NCBI GenBank assembly: GCA_007128005.1
Contig: SKYF01000042.1
Location: forward strand, 1-61,745
Length of the DNA: 61,745 nucleotides
Source: Bdellovibrionales bacterium
Lineage (GTDB): Bacteria; Bdellovibrionota; Bdellovibrionia; Bdellovibrionales; UBA1609
Reading direction: 5' to 3'
Position 1 is the first letter of the stretch. Each line of letters starts with the position of its first letter. The translations under genes were made by a program, and so were the position numbers. Positions 20,969 to 28,631 of this stretch are shown here, in pieces. Below the pieces are notes generated by a model that ran no database searches, was not told the origin of the DNA, and was given only the letters and a program-made list of their open reading frames with translations.

Positions 20969-22402
20969 CTAAACGGCAACCTGCGCTGCGTCCGGATCCT
21001 CTGAATTTTTAGCCTTGCCTTTTGGCCTCTGCACCTTCTTGATGCCAAAACGCTTAAAGTAAAATAAAAATATGGTTCCTAGAACTATCAACAGGGCTCC
21101 TAAATACTTAAGCCAGCGCCCCGGATCTTGGTTGACGGACAGAATTGAGGCAGTGGGACTGCCCACTTCATCTTCCTCAAAGCTGGCTTGATAAAACGTC
21201 AGACCCCTAAATTTTAAAGGCTCATTCATGGATATATTTACGACCTCCGGTATCCCCTCCACTGTGACATCGCTCTCATAACTTGCCGCCCTCAGGGTTC
21301 CTGGATAACGACCAATTCGGAACTCCTCAAGAGTGATATCAAAGCCAATATCTACGAGCTTATTGGAGAACCTGACCAAATAGGCCTTGTCCTCAATAAA
21401 TAACCTCAAAATTGAGTTCAAGCCGATCCAGTGATCCTCATCGCGAAAGTTCACCTTAATGGCTGGGTGAGTAAAGGCTCCGGGAAACTGCTGAGGCACA
21501 TAGGTGACCAATTCCCGAGCCCGGGGAATATAACGGAGCACGCGAAACTCTAGATCCATCCAACCGGTCTGAATCACATCTCCAGCCGAAGCCGAACCCC
21601 TTAGCACCTGCCCTGGGGCTGAGGCTCGGTAGATTTCATAGTCAAAGCTGTCGTCTGTTTTACCTCTTGTTACAATCATCTCATTGTGAACTTCGCTGGG
21701 CTCATAACTCCCATCACTCATCACAATCCGTGCCGGCCCCAAGTCACTGATATCGAAGGGAAGTCGACCATCTCGCCTCACCCAGTCTGTCATATTGACA
21801 TTGTCATTGATCAGCTGGAACCGGATAGCCAAGCCATCCCTATCAGCTTCTGAAGGCACAATCTCAGTGTTTCTAACTGCATAGTGATGGTACTCGAGCA
21901 CCTTCAAATCGTCTGGACCCAAGGGGAACACATACTCTCTCCTTGGCGAGGGGGGCTGGAGGAGAAAATCGACTTGTGCGTGATGAATGGCGCGAAAATC
22001 CTGCCCATCAATAGAGGCAAAAATCACCATCTCTTGCTCAGGCACTGAGACAAAGCGATTGGTCTGACCAACTTCAAAGCGCATGGACCCATCAATACCG
22101 TAGTAGCGGGTCACCCAACTGCCAATAAGAGTGATAATGATTCCAATATGAGCCAGAATAAAACCCGTATGGCGGAGCTTCCAAGGCCAACGATCCACCA
22201 TCACTGCAATCAGATTGATGCAGAGCAAACCCAGAGTGGCATACATATAGGGCGAATGGTAAATGAGCTTTTGCGCGTACTCTGCATCGTAACGCGCTTC
22301 ATAAATAGTCCCCACAGCAGAGATCACAGCAAGAGACAAAATCACAAAAACGGCAAGCTTAATTGAGGCAAAAAAGTCAAAAATATCTTCTAGAATTTTC
22401 AC
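20969..22402 (-). CDS. ccsB: System II cytochrome c biogenesis protein CcsB/ResB
   Basis: ResB-like N-terminus (FFASIKLAVFVILSLAVISAVGTI...DRWPWKLRHTGFILAHIGIIITLIG), a large periplasmic domain and a C-terminal TM. Lies immediately upstream of ccsA. Confidence 0.8.
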   Translation of the reverse strand: MKILEDIFDFFASIKLAVFVILSLAVISAVGTIYEARYDAEYAQKLIYHSPYMYATLGLLCINLIAVMVDRWPWKLRHTGFILAHIGIIITLIGSWVTRYYGIDGSMRFEVGQTNRFVSVPEQEMVIFASIDGQDFRAIHHAQVDFLLQPPSPRREYVFPLGPDDLKVLEYHHYAVRNTEIVPSEADRDGLAIRFQLINDNVNMTDWVRRDGRLPFDISDLGPARIVMSDGSYEPSEVHNEMIVTRGKTDDSFDYEIYRASAPGQVLRGSASAGDVIQTGWMDLEFRVLRYIPRARELVTYVPQQFPGAFTHPAIKVNFRDEDHWIGLNSILRLFIEDKAYLVRFSNKLVDIGFDITLEEFRIGRYPGTLRAASYESDVTVEGIPEVVNISMNEPLKFRGLTFYQASFEEDEVGSPTASILSVNQDPGRWLKYLGALLIVLGTIFLFYFKRFGIKKVQRPKGKAKNSEDPDAAQVAV

Positions 22403-22502
22403 AATACTTTTTCATATCTCAAGGCAAGGAGATCTCCAAATAGAACCGGACCAAACCCGACCAAAAAACAAATTTGACGCCATCCAAAACAGTCCTCAAA
22501 TC

Positions 22503-23315
22503 TCAGGACAGCTTTTCCCAGATAAATCTCATGGCCTGGGCCAACTTCTCAGAGGTCTCAAAAAACTGGGGCTGACTTTTCTGCTTTGTGTCCTCATTCA
22601 TATAGAGAGCCCTATTGAGCTCCACCTGAATGCAATGCTGACCCAGCTCTGGACGCCCATAGGTCTGGGTGAGCCTGCCCCCTTTATAGGGCCAATTGTA
22701 AGCCACTTGAAACCCGGCCTGTTCATAGGCCTCGATCACGAGATCCTTAAAGTCTGCGCTGCAGCTTTGGCCGTCCACATCGCTGATGACGATCTCAGCG
22801 CGCTTTTGTCCGGGGTCTCGATGGGCCCTAGTACCCATAGAGGGCATGCTGTGCGCATCAATGTGAAAGACTTGATCATAACCCTGCTCGCGAAAGACTT
22901 TATATTGCGCCTTAACTCTGTCATGAAAGGGCTTAAAATAACTACTTACCAACTTTTCATGGAGAGCCATCGGCATGGGCTCAGTGATGAGTGGCTCTCC
23001 CACTGTGGTGCGTGACCAGTGAAGTCCCGTGGTAAAGCTGCCAGCAGGATGAACCGCCCCTTCCACCGAGCCCTGATCAATGTCCGTCGGCAGTCGGTTG
23101 AGGTCCACCACATAGCGATGAAACTGGGCCACGATATGGGGCAAGTTCAACTCTCTGATCACCTTGTCGTAGAGCTGGTCGACAAAGCGATCTACATCCC
23201 GCATCAAGGTGGGCTCTGGCAGGCCCTTAAGCCAAGTGACTTCATCTGGAACCATCTCGCCTGAATGAGGAATGGAGACAAATAGGGGTTTGGACTGACT
23301 GATGCTTTGCGCCAC
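22503..23315 (-). CDS. N-formylglutamate amidohydrolase family protein
   Basis: FVSIPHSGEMVP near the N-terminus, DLNR, and IDAHSMPS motifs characteristic of the FGase family. Confidence 0.7.
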   Translation of the reverse strand: MAQSISQSKPLFVSIPHSGEMVPDEVTWLKGLPEPTLMRDVDRFVDQLYDKVIRELNLPHIVAQFHRYVVDLNRLPTDIDQGSVEGAVHPAGSFTTGLHWSRTTVGEPLITEPMPMALHEKLVSSYFKPFHDRVKAQYKVFREQGYDQVFHIDAHSMPSMGTRAHRDPGQKRAEIVISDVDGQSCSADFKDLVIEAYEQAGFQVAYNWPYKGGRLTQTYGRPELGQHCIQVELNRALYMNEDTKQKSQPQFFETSEKLAQAMRFIWEKLS

Positions 23316-23359
23316 AAAGACCTCCCTTTTCTTCTCAACTTATGACAGAGTGCTGGACC

Positions 23360-24016
23360 ATGACAAATAAAGAAGTTGTACCAAAAATTTACACCAAAAT
23401 GGGCGACAAAGGCCAAACATCTTTATTCAGCGGAGAGAAAGTCAGCAAAGATCATCTGCGCCTTGAAGCCTATGGAAGCCTGGATGAACTCAACTCACTT
23501 CTGGGACTTATTCAATCGCAGGTTCTCTTCGTCTTAGGAGCCTCGGCCCCAGCAGACCCCTCGGGAGTGAGCACTGAGGCAGACTTGAACTTGTCTTCAC
23601 CCTCACCTCAGCTTGAGTGGGCGCAAAAGCTTCTTCTTCAACTAGAAGACATCCAAAACTATCTGTTTAACTTGGGCAGCCATCTAGCCACCACATCACC
23701 GGAATCCAAACTAGGACTGCCCTCTTTTTCTCAAAAAATGACTCAGGCTCTTGAAACCAACATGGATCTGATGTCTGTGGAACTGCCTCCACTTAAATCT
23801 TTTATCCTTCCTGGAGGCTCTGCCCTGGCGAGCCACTTACATATGGCCCGCAGCCTGTGTCGACGCTGCGAAAGAGCTATTGTCCGTCTCCACCAAAATG
23901 AGCCCGTTGAGGAACCCCTGCTTGTCTATATCAATCGATTGAGTGACTGGCTTTTTGTCTGCGCCCGCTACGCCAATCTCAAGCTCGGCTTCAAGGACCA
24001 AATCTGGAAGAAGTGA
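23360..24016 (+). CDS. ATP:cob(I)alamin adenosyltransferase, PduO type
   Basis: KIYTKMGDKGQTSLFSGEKVSKDHLRLEAYGSLDELNS is the PduO/MMAB N-terminal signature. The ORF is open from 23342 and the likely start is MTNKE at 23360. It carries an internal low-complexity insertion. Confidence 0.85.
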   Translation: MTNKEVVPKIYTKMGDKGQTSLFSGEKVSKDHLRLEAYGSLDELNSLLGLIQSQVLFVLGASAPADPSGVSTEADLNLSSPSPQLEWAQKLLLQLEDIQNYLFNLGSHLATTSPESKLGLPSFSQKMTQALETNMDLMSVELPPLKSFILPGGSALASHLHMARSLCRRCERAIVRLHQNEPVEEPLLVYINRLSDWLFVCARYANLKLGFKDQIWKK

Positions 24017-24041
24017 CTTCTCTGGTTTCGCGCCAGTCACT
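24012..24041. repeat. Copy of the dispersed palindromic motif (core GGTTTCGCGCCAGTCAC)
   Basis: agtgact-N16-agtcact hairpin containing ggtttcgcgccagtcac (24024-24040). It fills the gap between two convergent genes. The same core occurs at 34044-34059 and 54563-54581. Confidence 0.6.
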
Positions 24042-24540
24042 ACTTGAGCTGAAACTTTCGATCTCTCACCACCATCTGCGGTGGCCCCTGCTTGCGGTGC
24101 TGAGCCACCACATAAGAGACGATAAGGACATCCTCTTGCAAACGATAGAGAACTTCCTCTGCAGAATTCTGCTCTAAAACAATCTCGCCATTTTTTTTCA
24201 GATCATGCACCACCAAGGTCTGTGAGCGGACTCCATTGTTCCAAACCGCCACAAAGTAAAGCCCCTTGCCATTGGGGGATTTGAGCAGCCGAGAGGGTTC
24301 CGCATGAAAGATAGCTCCGGCTGGAGATGCCTCATATCCATAAACCAACTTTTCGCCTGCATAGATATCCAGTGTATGACCATAGACCGCCTCATGCCAA
24401 ATGATGGCCACCCGCCCTCCGGGAAAGGGATAGCTCTGGACCTCTAAAGGAGGTGCCGGGGTTTTGGCAGACGTCAAACCTCCTGCAATCAAGCCCCCGA
24501 GGGCCAATGCCAACAGAGTCTGACAGCAAAAAAGTTTCAC
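24040..24540 (-). CDS. Hypothetical secreted protein
   Basis: The likely GTG start at 24540 gives the signal peptide MKLFCCQTLLALALGGLIAGGLTSA. The longer ORF to 24609 would overlap the upstream gene. No family recognised. Confidence 0.5.
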   Translation of the reverse strand: MKLFCCQTLLALALGGLIAGGLTSAKTPAPPLEVQSYPFPGGRVAIIWHEAVYGHTLDIYAGEKLVYGYEASPAGAIFHAEPSRLLKSPNGKGLYFVAVWNNGVRSQTLVVHDLKKNGEIVLEQNSAEEVLYRLQEDVLIVSYVVAQHRKQGPPQMVVRDRKFQLK

Positions 24541-24572
24541 CTGACCAACTCCCACCCAAGCCCTCACAGCTC

Positions 24573-26051
24573 TCAAATATCGCACTCTGCCCCCCCTTGT
24601 CCCTGGCAACGCTCCTCAAAACTCCGGTTTTCCCGCTCCACTGCCTGAGGATCACTGTTGCTGGCCCGAGCCACACAACTCCCTACATCCGCTTGGCCCA
24701 CAGTAAACCCTCGATGCATACACTTGAGACAGTTCTCAATTGCCTGCGCATAGCGCCGATTCTCAGCTGGATCGCTATTTCCATAGTAGTTCTCAAACCT
24801 ATAGTTTTTGTCGCGAGAGAAAATTATCCCGGCCAAAACAATCTGCAACTCCATACTGTTGGCCATTTGGTCGTAGAGAGCATCGCGAACCCTTTGACAT
24901 TGATCATTACAACTAGGCCCCCGACTCCGGACCAAAGAGATACCTGGCTCTTTGAGGCTACGTGAAAGTTCTGGCCCCAAAACTTTCTCCAGAAGCTCTC
25001 TGACCTGGGGCTGGTCAGCTAATTGCGCGGATTCTCCATCAGCCCCATCCCTTAAATCAAGAAATCCGCGATTGACCAAGTCACCAAGAGTAGTTCTAGT
25101 GACCTGAAACATTCCCGCCGCCGTAAAACCGTTCGGTCTACTCGGACAGGCGGTCAAAGTCCGAATATTGGTCTTGAGGGTCGTGGTTTCCCTCCCCCCC
25201 AAACAGGGGAAGACCGCAGGATTGAGATTCAACTCCTGAGCAAAGGGTGCTGCAAGCTCCATCACTCGCTCAGCTCTTTCGGCCACGCTTAGGCCTCGCA
25301 TCTTGTCATTGGAACAGGCCACATCTCTCACCCAGCCCATACATTGGCTGCGCGGAACATCAAACCCCTCATCAGGAAAAAGCTTTGTTGTGCCTGTAGG
25401 GTGGGGCACGGGAAGACAGCGAAACCGGGTCTCCTGCAAACTGCTCAACTGGTCGGCAAAAGAAAAAAAGCTGTCCCTGTCATTGGGCCGACACTCTGGG
25501 GAAACGGGCCAGCGAGCCTTTGAGTAATCCACCCAGCGCCGATAATCTCTAGGGGACATGGATAAAAACCGCGACTGTATCTGACTTTCAAGAATGCTGT
25601 CCAGCTCGTGACTTGAAACCTCCACGAGCATCTCTCGGCGGGCTGCAAACAGCATGGCCGCCATAGGTTGATTTTCACCCAAGGCACTCTCTCTCCAGCG
25701 TGGAACACTGCCTTCCAAGTCGAGCTCCATGACCGTCACTGGAAAAAAAAGTGTCGTCCCTCGAGTGGGAATATTTGCCTCATCATCACTGGCCCAAGTG
25801 GCAAAGGTCTTTTCAAAATCAATAGCCCCTTGAGAGGTTCGCACAATGTGCCTAGCAGGGATTTGTACTTTAAAAAAACTATCTCCTCCTGTAGAAGTCA
25901 GCACCTGATTTAAATTAGCCTGAGAGCGAACATTCAGACCACTTGAATCAATATAGATAGTTTCTGTTTTTTTAGACTTTACTTGAGCCTGGGCACCCAC
26001 CCAGACCAAAGCCAATAAGATACCCGCCTTGAGAAGACAATTGATTCCCAT
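24573..26051 (-). CDS. Hypothetical secreted Cys-rich protein (weak lytic-transglycosylase-like motif)
   Basis: Signal peptide MGINCLLKAGILLALVWVGAQAQ. More than 12 Cys residues. GGRETT ... AAGMFQVT ... NYYGNS loosely recalls the E / GLMQ / AYNxG pattern of SLT domains, which is not enough for a call. Confidence 0.5.
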   Translation of the reverse strand: MGINCLLKAGILLALVWVGAQAQVKSKKTETIYIDSSGLNVRSQANLNQVLTSTGGDSFFKVQIPARHIVRTSQGAIDFEKTFATWASDDEANIPTRGTTLFFPVTVMELDLEGSVPRWRESALGENQPMAAMLFAARREMLVEVSSHELDSILESQIQSRFLSMSPRDYRRWVDYSKARWPVSPECRPNDRDSFFSFADQLSSLQETRFRCLPVPHPTGTTKLFPDEGFDVPRSQCMGWVRDVACSNDKMRGLSVAERAERVMELAAPFAQELNLNPAVFPCLGGRETTTLKTNIRTLTACPSRPNGFTAAGMFQVTRTTLGDLVNRGFLDLRDGADGESAQLADQPQVRELLEKVLGPELSRSLKEPGISLVRSRGPSCNDQCQRVRDALYDQMANSMELQIVLAGIIFSRDKNYRFENYYGNSDPAENRRYAQAIENCLKCMHRGFTVGQADVGSCVARASNSDPQAVERENRSFEERCQGQGGAECDI

Positions 26052-26148
26052 AGACTAAGGTTACTAAGAATAATCTTTTGATTGAACTGAATCCACAAAA
26101 CCTCGACCTAAGGCAGAAGAAAAACTTCCCTCTGGAAGCTTCCGACTT

Positions 26149-26910
26149 CTAACGATAGGCTTCCCAAGCAAAGATCTCATTTTGATTGGGGGTAAGAGCC
26201 AAGAGGTGAAGCACTCCTCCCGACCGAAGGGCAATGCCGACAAACTCAGTCCTCCGACCGTCACCCAAGCAATTTGTCCTTGTCAAAGAGACGGCAAAGA
26301 CATTGAGTCCCTCAGGATGGGGGGCGACCTCACCCCTAAAGCTGCAGCGAAAGTTTGCGCTCGAGCCACTGATTTGCCCCTCTCCAGAAAAAGTGAGGTT
26401 AGGAGTATCTCCGTTTTGAATGTTCCCCCACCAACGCCCTTCAAGGGAAGATAAGCTGGGAGAATCTTTGGAGTTGACTAAATATTGAGCCCCATCAAGC
26501 CTCTGCTCTGTTTCATAGCTGCCCGAGAAGTCACTCGCCGGAAAGTTCCCTGCTGTAATCTGCCCAAAAAATTGGCTCTCAGTGATGGAGGTCATCTGTC
26601 CATAACGCATGCGAATAATTCCATAGCCCGTAAACCACCAGTACTCTCCACTCGGGAAAACCACATGAGTTCCCCCTCCACGATAGACCCCCGCCAAAGG
26701 GGAGAAGTCGATGGGCCCAGAGGAATTCTCGGAAGTCTCTTGCTCTCCAGCTTGCTCTCCCATTTGACTGCTACCCTCGGGATCAACTGACACGGGCTCT
26801 ACCGGAGATCCACAATGGGAGAAAGACAGGGTCAAAAACCCCAAAAAAATTGCTGCAAACAAGACTTTTAGACCTTGAGTCACTCCATCCTCCCGGCTTA
26901 TAGAAGTCAT
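26149..26910 (-). CDS. Hypothetical lipoprotein
   Basis: Leader LGFLTLSFSHC (lipobox-like), an acidic linker, then a beta-rich body. No family recognised. Confidence 0.5.
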   Translation of the reverse strand: MTSISREDGVTQGLKVLFAAIFLGFLTLSFSHCGSPVEPVSVDPEGSSQMGEQAGEQETSENSSGPIDFSPLAGVYRGGGTHVVFPSGEYWWFTGYGIIRMRYGQMTSITESQFFGQITAGNFPASDFSGSYETEQRLDGAQYLVNSKDSPSLSSLEGRWWGNIQNGDTPNLTFSGEGQISGSSANFRCSFRGEVAPHPEGLNVFAVSLTRTNCLGDGRRTEFVGIALRSGGVLHLLALTPNQNEIFAWEAYR

Positions 26911-26948
26911 GGTAACTCATCTAGGCTCAAAAACAAATTTTATACTCT

Positions 26949-27188
26949 TTATTGTCTCAATATGAGACACCATTCTGGGGATGGGGGACGGGGGGTGATC
27001 AAGTCGTTGCCTCGAGACTGACTAAAGCGGAGAAACTCCTCCGTAACCTGAGCACATACAACATGCCGACCCAGGTCATGCCCATCCGTTCGACAGTATC
27101 CATCGCGAAAAAAACCCGTCATAGGATCGAAGCAACAAGACTGCAAAACGCCGCCCAGAACATTCTTCTCTGAAACACCCTTTTCCAC
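26949..27188 (-). CDS. DUF2237-like protein, C-terminally short (79 aa)
   Basis: KNVLGGVLQSCCFDPMTGFFRDGYCRT...HVVCAQVTEEFLRFSQSRGNDLITP matches my memory of the DUF2237 family. GTG start at 27188 lies 5 nt after a perfect AAGGAGG. It ends just after WCL. Confidence 0.6.
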   Translation of the reverse strand: MEKGVSEKNVLGGVLQSCCFDPMTGFFRDGYCRTDGHDLGRHVVCAQVTEEFLRFSQSRGNDLITPRPPSPEWCLILRQ

Positions 27189-27190
27189 CC

Positions 27191-27799
27191 TTAACCTCCT
27201 TGCACAACCTGCCAACACCTGTTGATCTGATGTCCTAAGTCTGATTGAGCTCGGGCCTGCAGCTGATCCCCTACTTTCAAAGGTCCAACTCCTGCTGGAG
27301 TACCCGTCAGCAAAAGATCACCCTCTTGCACGGGAAAATGGGCCAGAACAAACCGACGCAACACCTCAAAATTGAAAATCAGCTGGGAGGTATGTCCCAC
27401 CTGTCGTAGCTGCTGATTGACCTTGAGCTCCAGTTGAAAGTGGGGCAAGTGCTGGGGCAGTTCTACAAACTCAGACAGAGGGCAGCTGGCCTTAAAGGAT
27501 TTGGCCAGAGTCCAGGGCTGTCCCTCTGCCTTGAGCCTCTGCTGGACATCCCGAGCAGTGAGATCCAAGGCCAAGCCCGCGGCGTCCAACTCCAGGCTGG
27601 AGTTAAAGCGAAGGGCCAGCTCCAACTCAAAGTGAACATCCCTGCTGTGCAAAGGCAGAGGGATCTGCTCTCCCCAATGGGCCGAGCTACCTGCCTTGAG
27701 AAAAACCAGAGGCTCTTTGGGAACCTCATGACCGAGCTCTTTGGCGTGATCGACATAGTTGCGTCCCACCGCCCAGATGTTTTGGATAGTTCTGTTCAT
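27191..27799 (-). CDS. Fumarylacetoacetate hydrolase (FAH) family protein
   Basis: IWAVGRNYVDHAKELG N-terminal motif, ELELA, and C-terminal GDLLLTGTPAGVGPLKVGD are typical of small FAH-fold hydrolases/isomerases. Confidence 0.8.
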   Translation of the reverse strand: MNRTIQNIWAVGRNYVDHAKELGHEVPKEPLVFLKAGSSAHWGEQIPLPLHSRDVHFELELALRFNSSLELDAAGLALDLTARDVQQRLKAEGQPWTLAKSFKASCPLSEFVELPQHLPHFQLELKVNQQLRQVGHTSQLIFNFEVLRRFVLAHFPVQEGDLLLTGTPAGVGPLKVGDQLQARAQSDLGHQINRCWQVVQGG

Positions 27800-27864
27800 C
27801 TATTCACTAATAATCCACAGAAGTGGTCATTTGGGAAGTGCAGAACATCGCGGCGAAGGGCCGC

Positions 27865-28530
27865 TCAGTCGCTCACAATGACGGCTCTCACGATGGCTGA
27901 ATACTGGCCTCCATCCACACCGATCACATGGGGGATGGTCACTTTCAATACCCCAGATTCTAGCTTTTGGGGACCAGCTCTCAGCTGGATCATCTGAAGC
28001 CTTGGCGCTGTCTTCCATACTGCGGCAACACCCCCTTGCAAGTAAGAAAAGCTGTAAGGTTGACTGTCTAGCCGGTCCGAATTGAGGTAACAGGTCAAAA
28101 CGCCCTCGATCTCAATGGGTTCCACCCTGCTCAACTGCAAATAGCCCCTGGGCAAATCCTCCCGACGAGAAACCCCCTTAGCCCAGAAGAACGCCCCTGA
28201 ACAATGAGGACTCAAACCTTGATCAGCGATTGAGCGGCAGATTTTCATATTCTTTTTATCCGAGGGCATCCTCCAACTTCCAGAACTGACCAACTCTTGA
28301 TTGAGAGCATCCGGGACAGGGCTTCCACTATTTAAGCTCCTCCAACAGTGACCTACCGTCAAAAGAGCCGTATTATAGACCCACTTTTCAAAGGCATTAG
28401 ATGAAGCACTCGGACGAGAAAGTTTTGAGAACTCTTTAGCTGCTCTATTAGAGATTTCTGCAGGCGTCATGGCCATGCCAAGTGATGATGAAACCAACAA
28501 GCTGCTGACAACAAAAAAAATAAGGCTCAT
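27865..28530 (-). CDS. Hypothetical secreted protein
   Basis: Signal peptide MSLIFFVVSSLLVSSSLGMA. No family recognised. Confidence 0.5.
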   Translation of the reverse strand: MSLIFFVVSSLLVSSSLGMAMTPAEISNRAAKEFSKLSRPSASSNAFEKWVYNTALLTVGHCWRSLNSGSPVPDALNQELVSSGSWRMPSDKKNMKICRSIADQGLSPHCSGAFFWAKGVSRREDLPRGYLQLSRVEPIEIEGVLTCYLNSDRLDSQPYSFSYLQGGVAAVWKTAPRLQMIQLRAGPQKLESGVLKVTIPHVIGVDGGQYSAIVRAVIVSD

Positions 28531-28631
28531 TGCATAAGTATATCCCCACTTTTTTCAAGCAGGGAATAAAATTTTCACATGCCGGCAATGGGGGCTCTGA
28601 AACCTCCTCTCCTGTGCTATAAGCTCACCAA

